Assembly (NCBI GenBank): GCA_950097015.1
Contig: CATNEN010000007.1
Coordinates: 12,028,001 to 12,092,000 of the forward strand
Direction: 5' to 3'
DNA: 64,000 nucleotides
Source: Macrostomum hystrix
Lineage: Eukaryota; Animalia; Platyhelminthes
This document shows, piece after piece, positions 14,601 through 24,899 of this stretch (within the stretch, counting starts at the first letter, position 1; each line of letters begins with the position of its first letter). A program made the translations under genes and the position numbers. The notes under the pieces were generated by a model. That model was not told the origin of the DNA, did not search any database, and worked only from the letters and a program-made list of their open reading frames with translations.

Positions 14601-15776
14601 TGAGCTGCTTTCGAACACGTCTGAGTGCAGACCAAACTGCTCAGCTCAAATTGGCACGAGCTTAATAATGCTCGATGTGAAACAAAGTAAATAACAACAC
14701 AGATCTCATAGGATAGTATACTCAAGCTATATACTCAACTTATAATATGCAATATAGAAATCAAACCTAGCCAAGTTGGGTGTCCATTTTACATCTGGGC
14801 AAAATTGTCTTGCTCATGGTGCTCAAGAATGCTGCTCAATGATATACGAACTGAAGATGGATACGGTGTGAAACCAGGGAAATAGAATGAGAAAGGCTAT
14901 CAATAGGATGAGAGCCACGGACCCAAACAGTTGAATTATGACGGCAGGGCGGTAAACACACCAAACTCACGGCTATTAGATCCGCATAGATGAAGGATGA
15001 AAAAGTTAATTTGAAATTGATAGGCCGTGCAGATACGCCGAGCTTCGGGAGCTTGGCCGCGGGTTTGGGAGGCCTACATGCGTGAGCAGTCGTTTCTCCC
15101 ATCAGAATGGGGTGGGGAGCCGCGCATTATCTTAATGAGATCGCTGGAGCGTCAGAAATTGCCTCGCGCTCCGCCCAGCCTACGCGATGAGGCAGCAGCG
15201 AGGGGCTTCCATCCCTCGGCAGGAGCTGCGCCAGAGCTGCGTGGCCGCTGACTGGCCAGCGGGCTGGAGAAGGCGGGAAAGTATTTTCTTAATTAACCTC
15301 GAGGCCGGAGTTGATGCAGCAACAAAGCAGCCCCAGCCCCTGAATCCCCGCAAATGATCAATCAGTGCGCGTGCAGTGAGGGCGGGACTTTGGCTGCAGA
15401 AATCAATCAATCCGCAATGCAGCTCCAAGCACCACGCCGAGAAGCCACGTGGCGAGTGTCAGGGCCGGGCGGGTTCGGGGCAGGGCAGCTGCCAGGGCCG
15501 CGGCAACCGCATCGCTCAAATTCAAAGTCGAGCAGTCAGGTGGCTTCGAGCCGCTGGCGCCGATGCCGATGAAGAGAAAGTTTGGCTCAGTGCAGATGAT
15601 TTCGCATGAGCCGCCTCAGTTAGAGCACGTGCCGGCCTGTCAGGGCCCATCAATCCGGTCTTGCGCGCCAACGCTTGCAGGATTTTGTTTTCTGTTCCGT
15701 TATTAATACGTTTGATTCGGCTGATGGCGTTAAACTTTGAATTAGACCGAAGCTTAAATTTGACCCTTTGAGGCTG

Positions 15777-16090
15777 CTGAGACCCTGAGTCTTCTCGAGA
15801 GATACTGAGTCCTCTCAGGAGACCCTGAGTCTTTTCGAGAGATACTGAGTCCTCTCAGGAGACCCTGAGTCTTCTCGAGAGATACTGAGTCCTCTCAGGA
15901 GACCCTGAGTCTTCTCGAGAGATACTGAGTCCTCTCAGGAGACCCTGAGTCTTCTCGAGAGATACTGAGTCTTCTCAGGAGACCCTGAGTCTTCTCGAGA
16001 GATACTGAGTCTTCTCAAGAGACCCTGAGTCTCCACAAGAGATACTGAGACTTCTCAAAAGATACTGAGACTTCTCAAGAGATACTGAGG
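15777..16090. repeat. 40-bp (2x20) minisatellite GAGACCCTGAGTCTTCTCGA-GAGATACTGAGTCCTCTCAG
   Basis: Visible alternating dimer. Confidence 0.93.
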
Positions 16091-16097
16091 CTGCTGA

Positions 16098-16268
16098 TAG
16101 ACACTGACGCTGATGAGGAGACACTGACGCTGATGAGGAGACACTGACGCTGATGAGGAGACACTGACGCTGATGAGGAGACACTGACGCTGATGAGGAG
16201 ACACTGACGCTGATGAGGAGACACTGACGCTGATGAGGAGACACTGACGCTGATGAGGAGACACTGAG
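16098..16268. repeat. 20-bp minisatellite (ACACTGACGCTGATGAGGAG)n, ~8 copies
   Basis: Perfect copies, contiguous with and related to the preceding array. Confidence 0.95.
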
Positions 16269-17520
16269 TTCGATTAGGAGACACTAAGAAAAAGATCCTA
16301 AGGTGGGGACTTTTGATCATCCCGGATGAATTAGCAGTTTTCCAACAAGACTTACTTTTATAAAGACAAATCAAGAAATTAAGAAATCAAGAACACTGGG
16401 GAAGCATGCGACAAAATTGCTGACAGAGTTAACCAACCGATCACCCTAAAATTAATGACTTCAGAACTGTTCGAGTCGCAACTCACGCTAATCAATTACC
16501 ACCCAGCCCATCTTGAGAATCGTTAGAGAAATTCTTCAGCATGCATCTGGGCCGTCCCTCTGTTCTCAATTGTGGGGCCGGAAGAGTCGAGTGGTGGAGG
16601 CCAGCGTGGGTTGCGCCACCTGCTGCCATCGCCGGCTAAAAATGCCCAAATTTATGACTTCCCCAATGGGAAAACGATCGAGCGAACTCGCCGAGAGGGT
16701 GAGAGAGGAGAAACAGGCGGGGGGGAGCTGCGGTGAGAAATGGCTGCAATTATGACTCCTGACAAGACTCGGCTGCGACTCGCTCTGCCAACTGTTGAGT
16801 AGCTGCTCAGGTGATTGATGCCAGCCCCATGATCGGCCTACTAGAATGAGTCCGTGCGGCATTTCTGCTGCGGCCTCTGAAACGGAATGAGTCCCAAATA
16901 CTCCGGGGACCGGCAACTCAAATGCTCACTCTTGCCCATCCTCCTTCCCATCCCCTTGGGGAATAGCTCCCTACCCCTAAACACTTCTTTCCAGCTGGCA
17001 AAGTTTCGGCTGTTCGATTTTTGAGCTGTGCTCAGCCCCAGCTTGACATCGATAAGCAGCTCAGGGACTCCAGATGCCGCATCCCTCACTCCAGACTCAT
17101 TTGAGTCCAGCCCTTTCAGCTCTGGGATTTCGGCTCCGTCAACTATTGATAGGAGCTCTAGTTTTTACTGCCCATTGGTAAGAATTTTCATCTGACATTT
17201 TATTCGGCCTGTCAATCGGAGTCGCCGGATCAGGGCCGAACTCACGAGCTGTGAGAAATTTGCATAATTTCATTGAGCTATTTGCTCTGTGCGTGATTTT
17301 CTATGAATAGAAATTATGAAAATGTGTTGGATAAATGCTGCAACAATGGGACTGTGCTATATGGCAGATATGGCAGTCTTCTGGCTGGCATAAATTAGCT
17401 GGAGTGTGTAATGCTGGAAAATATCAGTTTCGTTATAACAAATCGAGAATAAAATATTTATCAATTTACCGTTATGGAATTTATGCATCGGCAGTGAGTA
17501 AATAAAATTTCGTTTAAACA

Positions 17521-17952
17521 GTTTCTGAATTGTACAGCTACTGAATTGTACAGCTACTGAATTGTACAGCTACTGAATTGTACAGTCTACTGAATTGTAC
17601 AGCTACTGAATTGTACAGCTACTGAATTGTACAGCTACTGAATTGTACAGCTACTGAATTGTACAGCTACTGAATTGTACAGTCTACTGAATTGTACAGC
17701 TACTGAATTGTACAGCTACTGAATTGTACAGTCTACTGAATTGTACAGCTACTGAATTGTACAGCTACTGAATTGTACAGCTACTGAATTGTACAGCTAC
17801 TGAATTGTACAGCTACTGAATTGTACAGTCTACTGAATTGTACAGCTACTGAATTGTACAGCTACTGAATTGTACAGCTACTGAATTGTACAGCTACTGA
17901 ATTGTACAGCTACTGAATTGTACAGCTACTGAATTGTACAGTTTCTGAATTG
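17521..17952. repeat. 16-bp satellite (GCTACTGAATTGTACA)n, left part (interrupted by the retrotransposon)
   Basis: Visible; occasional 17-bp gtctact units. Confidence 0.97.
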
Positions 17953-18184
17953 TGTAATGGTTTTTATTCCTGGCCTTTGAGGCAGTTTTTGAATGGTAAC
18001 ATTGTAGGAATATTTCTAATAATTTGCTGAATCATTCTATCGTATTTACTGTTCGTTCGTTTAACATCGTTCATTTACTGTACATCGCTGATTACGTAAT
18101 CGCAACTGACATAAATACAACAAGCACGGCCTCACGGGGCCTTCGTAGAATCTGGTTTCACACCGCCAAACACCGCGTGTTACA
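17953..18184 (+). repeat. 5' LTR
   Basis: Direct repeat of 22449-22680 with TG...CA ends. Confidence 0.97.
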
Positions 18185-18186
18185 AG

Positions 18187-18197
18187 TGGTAGCAGAG
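18187..18197 (+). other. Primer-binding site for initiator tRNA-Met
   Basis: TGGTAGCAGAG, 2 nt after the LTR; complementary to the 3' end (...CUCUGCUACCA) of metazoan tRNAiMet. Confidence 0.9.
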
Positions 18198-18203
18198 CTC
18201 AGA

Positions 18204-18995
18204 ATGGCAGAGGGCAGTCATCGCGCGATTCCGAGAACTTTTAGCTCTGGAAACTTTAAGGAGTGGCTGCAGCGGTTTGAGCTGTGTGCGGCAGCCAACA
18301 AGTGGACAAATGATAAGCACTTGCATCTGCCAACGTTTCTGGATGGCGAGGCTCTGGCGGTCTTCCTTGAGCTCGGCGACAAGGATAAGAGCGACTACAG
18401 TCAGGTGACCCAAGCATTGACCGAGGCATTTCACCCAGACAGCCAGCACTTCTCAGCGCTGGAGGCATTTGAGAGCCGGAAGCTGCTGCCTGGGGAACCT
18501 CCTCGGCTGTTTCTCTATCACCTGAAGCAGCTGCTCAAGAACGCTGGCGTGAGCAACAAGGACGCCACTGACACCATGCTGACCCATCACTTCATCCGCG
18601 GACTGCCAGCGGATGTCAGCAGGCAAATCAGAGCCGATGCGTCAGTCAAGACGGTAAGCGACGCTCTTGCGCGGGCACAGCTGCTACTGGAGCTGCCTTC
18701 TGCCACCACGGATGGAAGCCGGCCGCCCCTCGCGGCGGCAGCCGGAACTACTTGCGGCAGCACCGAGACCGCAGATCTGAGGGCCGCGGTCAGCTCACTG
18801 CAGGTGACGGTCCAAGACCTGGCAGCGAAGCTGGGCTCGGAGGCTTCCGACTCCTGCGCGGTTCGCAGTGCGAGGAGACAGCGCGAGGTAACCTGCTGGA
18901 ACTGCAACCAACCCGGCCACCTCGCCAGAAACTGTAAGAAGCCGTCGGGAAACGGCAACGGCCGGGGCGGAGCCCGCAACCCTGGCCAATTCTGA
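18204..18995 (+). CDS. gag: Gag (capsid-like region plus CCHC zinc knuckle), 263 aa
   Basis: ATG 6 nt after the PBS. FKEWLQRFE...ANKW gag motif; CWNCNQPGHLARNC knuckle. Confidence 0.93.
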   Translation: MAEGSHRAIPRTFSSGNFKEWLQRFELCAAANKWTNDKHLHLPTFLDGEALAVFLELGDKDKSDYSQVTQALTEAFHPDSQHFSALEAFESRKLLPGEPPRLFLYHLKQLLKNAGVSNKDATDTMLTHHFIRGLPADVSRQIRADASVKTVSDALARAQLLLELPSATTDGSRPPLAAAAGTTCGSTETADLRAAVSSLQVTVQDLAAKLGSEASDSCAVRSARRQREVTCWNCNQPGHLARNCKKPSGNGNGRGGARNPGQF

Positions 18996-19003
18996 GCGCG
19001 GGC
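18947..19003 (+). promoter_or_regulatory. -1 ribosomal frameshift signal: slippery G GGA AAC plus H-type pseudoknot
   Basis: Heptamer 18947-18953 is in gag phase. After a 6-nt spacer: stem1 GGCCGGGG(18960-67)/CCCTGGCC(18980-87), stem2 GCCCGC(18972-77)/GCGGGC(18998-19003). The -1 frame stays open into the protease. Confidence 0.8.
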
Positions 19004-19216
19004 CCCAGCGTGAGTGGATTGTTCCGGGGCGCAGAGGGGGGCGGCGCAGGCACAGCAGGCAGCAGCGCAGCAGCAGTCGTCATCAGACCGAACCCGGCAA
19101 CATCCAAGCTGCAGTGCAAGATCGGAGGTGCGGACGTCATGGCGCTGATCGACTCGGGCAGCCAGGTATCAATCGTGGACAAGCAGGTCCTTCAGAGCAT
19201 GCAGCGAGTTCAGTAG
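18953..19216 (+). CDS. N-terminal half of the aspartic protease (-1 frame relative to gag)
   Basis: Active-site motif ALIDSGSQVSIV; frame closes at TAG 19214-19216. Confidence 0.85.
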   Translation, partial: RQRPGRSPQPWPILSAGPSVSGLFRGAEGGGAGTAGSSAAAVVIRPNPATSKLQCKIGGADVMALIDSGSQVSIVDKQVLQSMQRVQ

Positions 19217-22200
19217 GAGAGCGTCCACCTTGGAACTGCGGGCAGTCAACCAGCAGGCGGTGCCGGTGCGGCAGGTGGCCAGCCTGGCGGTGTCGCTCGG
19301 CAGTATCGAGCGGCAGCACCCGTTCTACGTGTCGGAAGGCCTGGTGGCTGCCGTAATTATCGGGCTGGACTTCATCAAGGCCAGCAACATGTGCCTTGAC
19401 TTCAGCGACAGCGCAGAGGCACCACCAAAGAGCTCGTGCGTGATGGACGGCGTGAGCCATCTCGATGCAGACAGTCAGCTGGAGGACCTCGAAGAGAAGC
19501 TCGTGCCGGATTTCAGCACGAAAGAGGTCGACCTGCCTGTCGTAAAGGACCCGGACATCCGAGCCCTGGTGCACGAGTTCAGCGACATCTTCTCCAGGCG
19601 GCCGGGACTGACAGATCGCCACGAGCACAGCATCCCCCTGATCGACGATGTTCCGGTGCGGATTCCTCCAAGGAAGCTGCCGGTGCACTGGGAACCCGAG
19701 GTGAACAAGCTCATTCAGGAGCTGCTGGACAACGACATCATCGAGGAGTCGGACAGCCCGTACGTGTCGCCCCCGGTGTACGTGCGGAAGAAGAACGGAG
19801 ACCTGCGGCTGACGATCGACTACCGCGAGCTGAACATGAAGACGGTGCGGTCGGCGCAGGGCATTCCGCAGATGGACTTTGTCAAGGACAAGCTGGCTGG
19901 CAACGAGAGCTTCTCGGTGATTGACCTGAACGGCGGCTACTTCCAAATCCCGATGAAGCCGGAAGACAGGCAGAAGACAGCTTTCAGCCCTGGGCCCGGC
20001 ATGCCGCTGTATCAGTTCAAGAGGATGCCGCAGGGCGTCTGCGGCGGCCCGAGCTCATTCACCATCCTGATGAACCGCGTGTTCAAAGGCGCCGAGCAAA
20101 CCTTCACCTACATGGATGACACGCTGTGCTTCTCCAAGTCGAAGGCCGAGCATCTACAGCACCTGCGAGAAGTGTTCGAGAAGATCAGAGGCGCCGGGCT
20201 CACAGTCAGGGGCAGCAAGTGCCAGCTGGGCCTGCCGGAGGTCACGTTTCTCGGCACCGTGTTCTCTGCCAAGGGTGCCACTGTGAGTCCCGAGAAGGTG
20301 CGCGCCATCCAAGAGTGGCCGGAGCCGCAGTCCCCAACGCAGGTGCGGCAGTTCCTAGGCCTTTGCAACCAGTACAGGAAGTACGTGCCGAGCTTCTCCG
20401 ATATCGCCGGACCGCTGCACAGACTGACCAGCAAGACGGAGAAGTTCGAGTGGACTGACGAGTGCGGCACGGCATTTCGACGGCTCAAAGAGGCCCTTCA
20501 GCAGCCGCCGATCATCGGCCACCCGGATTTTTCCAAGGAGTTCCAGCTCTACACGGATGCCAGCAACACCGGAGTCGGAATAGTGCTCAAGCAAGGCGAC
20601 CAGGTGATAGAGTACTGCAGCAGAGCACTCACGGCTCCGGAGAAGGGCTATTCAACCGTCGAGAAGGAGTGCCTGGCGATCCTGCACGCGCTGAAGACTT
20701 ACCGCCACTACCTGCTCGGTCGGCATTTCACGGTCTTCACCGACCACTGCCCGCTCACGTTTCTTAATTCCCAGCGGGTCGACAGCCACGGCCGGCTCGG
20801 GCGCTGGCGGTTGCTGCTGCAGGAATTCGCCTTTGCCATCAAGTACACCAAGGGCGTCGACAACGTGGAGGCGGACGGCCTGTCGAGGATGCACGAGGGC
20901 CACTGCGAAACGATCGGAGCGTCGTCGGCAACGGAGCTGCAGCCGCAGGTGTCCAACCGGGAGTTGCGACAGGCGCAGAGGGCTGATCCGAAGCTTCAGC
21001 TGGTCATCGATGCCCTGCAGAACGACAGCGGGACTCGGCCAAGATGGTCCGACAGCAGACTGCGACACCTCAGCCGTATCTGGCGGAAGTTACGAATTCA
21101 AGACGGTCTTCTCTGCCGGGTTTTTAATGATGCTGCGGGGCCGAGAGAGGTCCCTGTGATCCCGGAGTTGCTGCAGCGCCAGTTCCTGACTGACTTCCAC
21201 GAGGGCATCGGCGGCCATTTCGGACCGGAGAAAATGGCCGACACTCTGAAGCAGACTGCGTACTGGCCTGGGCTGCAGAGCGACGCGGTGAGTTTCTGTC
21301 AGGAGTGCCAGACCTGCCAGCTGAAAAAGGCGCAACACCGGCCCGCAGCCCCACTCGGTGAGATGCCGATCGGCAAGCCCTGGCAGACGGTGGCGGTCGA
21401 CGTGCTGAAGGTGCCGACATCAGATCGAGGCAACAGCTACCTGCTGGTGATGCAGGACCAGTTTTCCAAGTTCCTGACCGCCGTGCCGATGCCAGATCAG
21501 ACCGCCAAAACCATCGTGGATGCGGCAGTGAAGGTCTTCTCCCTGTTTGGAGTCCCGTCCGTCATCCACTCGGACCAAGGCGCGAACTTCGAGAGCGAGC
21601 TGTTCCAGGAGACGCTGCAAGCGCTGGGCATCAGGAAAACGCGCACCACGCCGTATCATCCGCAGGGAAACGGACTAGTGGAGCGCGGCAACAAGTCGCT
21701 GCTGCAGCTGCTGAGGCTGTTCGCCGAGACCGAGTCCAGCTGGGAGGAGCAGCTGCCGCTAGTGGTCCTGTCCTACAACTCCAGGGTCCACAGCTCAACC
21801 AAGGTGGCACCGCTGACGGTGATGACCGGCCGCGACCCGCAACTCCCGCCGAAGGTGCAGAGCAGCGAGCGGCAGTTCGACATCGGCACCTACTCAGCGC
21901 TGCTGGAGCGGCGACTGGCCCGGATCCGCGAGTTCGTCGAGGAGAATCTGGTGGCCGCCGGGCAGCAGCAGAAGGCGGCTCACGACAAGAAAGCGGCGGA
22001 CCTGCCGCAGTTCCCGCAAGGCGCCGAGGTGCTGCTCAGCATCGAGATGCGGCGCTCGAAGCTCGCGCCCTACTGGGAGCCTGGCTGGACGGTGCTCGAG
22101 CAGCGCGGCCACTCGGTGTGCATCCGCCGCGCCTTCGGCAACCGACCGGTCCGCTGGGTGCACGTGAACCGGCTGCGAAGGCGGTTTGTAGCCCAGCCTG

Positions 22201-22355
22201 ACACCGAGCAGCTCAGTCAGCAGCCGGTGTCCCACGAGGTCGCGTCTGAGACCCGCCAGGCCAAGCGGCGGTACTCGGAGCGGGAGAGGCGACCTCCGGA
22301 CTTCTTCAGTGTGAGCGGAGAGCGATGGACTGTTCAGAGACTGTTCAGAGACTGA
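19203..22355 (+). CDS. pol: Pol: protease C-half, reverse transcriptase, RNase H, integrase
   Basis: IIGLDF protease C-motif; RT (LRLTIDYRELN, YMDD); RNase H (YTDAS, EKECLAI, TDH); integrase HHCC (HEGIGGH...CQECQTC) and DDE core (VAVDV, HSDQG, GLVERGN). Same frame as gag, +1 relative to the protease active-site frame. Confidence 0.95.
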   Translation, partial: SEFSRRASTLELRAVNQQAVPVRQVASLAVSLGSIERQHPFYVSEGLVAAVIIGLDFIKASNMCLDFSDSAEAPPKSSCVMDGVSHLDADSQLEDLEEKLVPDFSTKEVDLPVVKDPDIRALVHEFSDIFSRRPGLTDRHEHSIPLIDDVPVRIPPRKLPVHWEPEVNKLIQELLDNDIIEESDSPYVSPPVYVRKKNGDLRLTIDYRELNMKTVRSAQGIPQMDFVKDKLAGNESFSVIDLNGGYFQIPMKPEDRQKTAFSPGPGMPLYQFKRMPQGVCGGPSSFTILMNRVFKGAEQTFTYMDDTLCFSKSKAEHLQHLREVFEKIRGAGLTVRGSKCQLGLPEVTFLGTVFSAKGATVSPEKVRAIQEWPEPQSPTQVRQFLGLCNQYRKYVPSFSDIAGPLHRLTSKTEKFEWTDECGTAFRRLKEALQQPPIIGHPDFSKEFQLYTDASNTGVGIVLKQGDQVIEYCSRALTAPEKGYSTVEKECLAILHALKTYRHYLLGRHFTVFTDHCPLTFLNSQRVDSHGRLGRWRLLLQEFAFAIKYTKGVDNVEADGLSRMHEGHCETIGASSATELQPQVSNRELRQAQRADPKLQLVIDALQNDSGTRPRWSDSRLRHLSRIWRKLRIQDGLLCRVFNDAAGPREVPVIPELLQRQFLTDFHEGIGGHFGPEKMADTLKQTAYWPGLQSDAVSFCQECQTCQLKKAQHRPAAPLGEMPIGKPWQTVAVDVLKVPTSDRGNSYLLVMQDQFSKFLTAVPMPDQTAKTIVDAAVKVFSLFGVPSVIHSDQGANFESELFQETLQALGIRKTRTTPYHPQGNGLVERGNKSLLQLLRLFAETESSWEEQLPLVVLSYNSRVHSSTKVAPLTVMTGRDPQLPPKVQSSERQFDIGTYSALLERRLARIREFVEENLVAAGQQQKAAHDKKAADLPQFPQGAEVLLSIEMRRSKLAPYWEPGWTVLEQRGHSVCIRRAFGNRPVRWVHVNRLRRRFVAQPDTEQLSQQPVSHEVASETRQAKRRYSERERRPPDFFSVSGERWTVQRLFRD

Positions 22356-22436
22356 TCAGAGACTGTTCAAAGACTGTGAATGCGTTTTTTTAACTGGTTC
22401 TGCGTTTTCAATTTTGTGATTATCGTCTATTGTTTC

Positions 22437-22448
22437 GCGGGAGAGAAA
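22437..22448 (+). other. Polypurine tract
   Basis: GCGGGAGAGAAA immediately before the 3' LTR. Confidence 0.85.
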
Positions 22449-22680
22449 TGTAATGGTTTTTATTCCTGGCCTTTGAGGCAGTTTTTGAATGGTAACATTG
22501 TAGGAATATTTCTAATAATTTGCTGAATCATTCTATCGTATTTACTGTTCGTTCGTTTAACATCGTTCATTTACTGTACATCGCTGATTACGTAATCGCA
22601 ACTGACATAAATACAACAAGCACGGCCTCACGGGGCCTTCGTAGAATCTGGTTTCACACCGCCAAACACCGCGTGTTACA
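22449..22680 (+). repeat. 3' LTR
   Basis: Matches the 5' LTR. Confidence 0.97.
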
Positions 22681-23613
22681 ATTGTACAGTTTCTGAATTG
22701 TACAGCTACTGAATTGTACAGTTTCTGAATTGTACAGCTACTGAATTGTACAGCTACTGAATTGTACAGCTACTGAATTGTACAGCTACTGAATTGTACA
22801 GCTACTGAATTGTACAGCTACTGAATTGTACAGCTACTGAATTGTACAGCTACTGAATTGTACAGCTACTGAATTGTACAGCTACTGAATTGTACAGCTA
22901 CTGAATTGTACAGCTACTGAATTGTACAGTTACTGAATTGTACAGTTTCTGAATTGTACAGCTACTGAATTGTACAGTTTCTGAATTGTACAGCTACTGA
23001 ATTGTACAGCTACTGAATTGTACAGCTACTGAATTGTACAGCTACTGAATTGTACAGTCTACTGAATTGTACAGCTACTGAATTGTACAGCTACTGAATT
23101 GTACAGTCTACTGAATTGTACAGCTACTGAATTGTACAGCTACTGAATTGTACAGCTACTGAATTGTACAGCTACTGAATTGTACAGCTACTGAATTGTA
23201 CAGCTACTGAATTGTACAGCTACTGAATTGTACAGCTACTGAATTGTACAGCTACTGAATTGTACAGCTACTGAATTGTACAGCTACTGAATTGTACAGT
23301 TACTGAATTGTACAGCTACTGAATTGTACAGCTACTGAATTGTACAGCTACTGAATTGTACAGCTACTGAATTGTACAGCTACTGAATTGTACAGCTACT
23401 GAATTGTACAGCTACTGAATTGTACAGCTACTGAATTGTACAGCTACTGAATTGTACAGCTACTGAATTGTACAGCTACTGAATTGTACAGTTACTGAAT
23501 TGTACAGCTACTGAATTGTACAGCTACTGAATTGTACAGCTACTGAATTGTACAGCTACTGAATTGTACAGCTACTGAATTGTACAGCTACTGAATTGTA
23601 CAGCTACTGAATT
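22681..23613. repeat. 16-bp satellite (GCTACTGAATTGTACA)n, right part
   Basis: Same unit as 17521-17952; resumes at the TSD. Confidence 0.97.
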
Positions 23614-24899
23614 GAGCCATCTTTGAGCAGTTTCGGTATCGTGAACTTGGAATATCCGGTGCATATTCAGAATTTTCTTATTCGCATTATCGCATACCAA
23701 ATGAAGATTATTGTTCATGAGCATTAGCTTTCAATTGTGCAGTTTGATTTATTACTATACAGAATTATATTTAATAATCAACACATTATAGGATCCAAAA
23801 GAGGACTCAAATTGAGTGAGCACATTAGGCCTTGCTTACTGTATTAAATAAGGAAAGTAATATTGGCGTATCTGCTTGTTAGCCATCATGGCATGCGTGT
23901 ATTTGAGTACAGTTTACTGAAAATTTCAAGCTCCATTGGTCTGTTAATTTAGCGCGGCGTGGCCGGTGCGAATTTGAATTGGCGCGCAAAATCACGCGTC
24001 TGAAAGCTTAGTTTCGATAATCCGTGAAGCGGAGATTTAAAACAACACGTAATCATTTTCCTAGCCGGAAGTTAGCAAGAATTGGCCAGAAGAAATATGC
24101 CTGAAAACAGAACCTTAGTCTAACAAACGCAGAACTGTGAACACAGCAGTGATTGATGTACAGTCGGTATCCCAAAAGGCACCGCACTTTCCACATTGCA
24201 CCCAAAATATCGGCAAGTTAACGCTGTGTGCATTAGCAAAAGATATTAAAGATTCGCGAGCACGATCAGCTCTGAACTCAGTATGTGAGCTGCATGGCTT
24301 GTGAAGCTTTCATTGCTTCTCTCTTCGGTGAGCAGGAATTTGTTTTAGAGTTAAAAGAATTTGTTTAAATCAGCAAATTAGACACTGTTACGCTGGCAGT
24401 CGCGTCGTTTCACACTCCGTTTCCTGGAATTCCTTGACCAATCAGAGGCGTCAAGTGTCAGCGGATTGCAGGAAAAATCTATGAAAATTAAATCTTTCGG
24501 AAAGAAAATAAAAATTAATAAGTAAAATCAATTTTCTAAATTTAGCGCGAATGAAATTGGCCAAGCAGCAGCCACGTGTGGCAACGCAGAGAACATAATG
24601 AAACCAGAATATCTTTGGAATGAGTCGGTAATCTGTGCTCACTGCTCAAAAAAGAGTATTTACAGGTTTAGGCTATTGAAAAATTGCTTTCTTCTTTTAC
24701 AGCAATCTAACAATTTGTTGAAAATAATTTTCCTAATGCATTTGCCTTACATACTACTGATGCTGGAAAGTAGAACTGCACGACTGCGATGCGAATCCGG
24801 CTATTTCCTTCGAAATCCGCTACAAGGCAGGTTTTCCATAGACACTCTCAGCCATAGATACTTTCAGCCATAGACACTCTCAGCCCAGCTTCAGCAGCG

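Larger units (their letters stand above)
17953..22680 (+). mobile_element. Full-length Ty3/gypsy LTR retrotransposon, 4728 bp
   Basis: 232-bp LTRs at 17953-18184 and 22449-22680 (TGTAA...TTACA), identical by eye. ATTG TSD at 17949-17952 and 22681-22684. PBS, PPT, gag with CCHC knuckle, and PR-RT-RNaseH-IN domain order. Confidence 0.98.

Noticed and set aside
18024-18203. N-terminal 60 aa of the 323-aa gag ORF
   Set aside because: Starts at a non-ATG codon inside the LTR; the ATG at 18204 after the PBS is the plausible start.
19204-19210. GCGAGTT, identical to the yeast Ty3 +1 frameshift heptamer, at the protease frame break
   Set aside because: It is not in phase with the incoming protease frame (read as CAG CGA GTT), so it cannot act by the Ty3 mechanism; probably coincidence.
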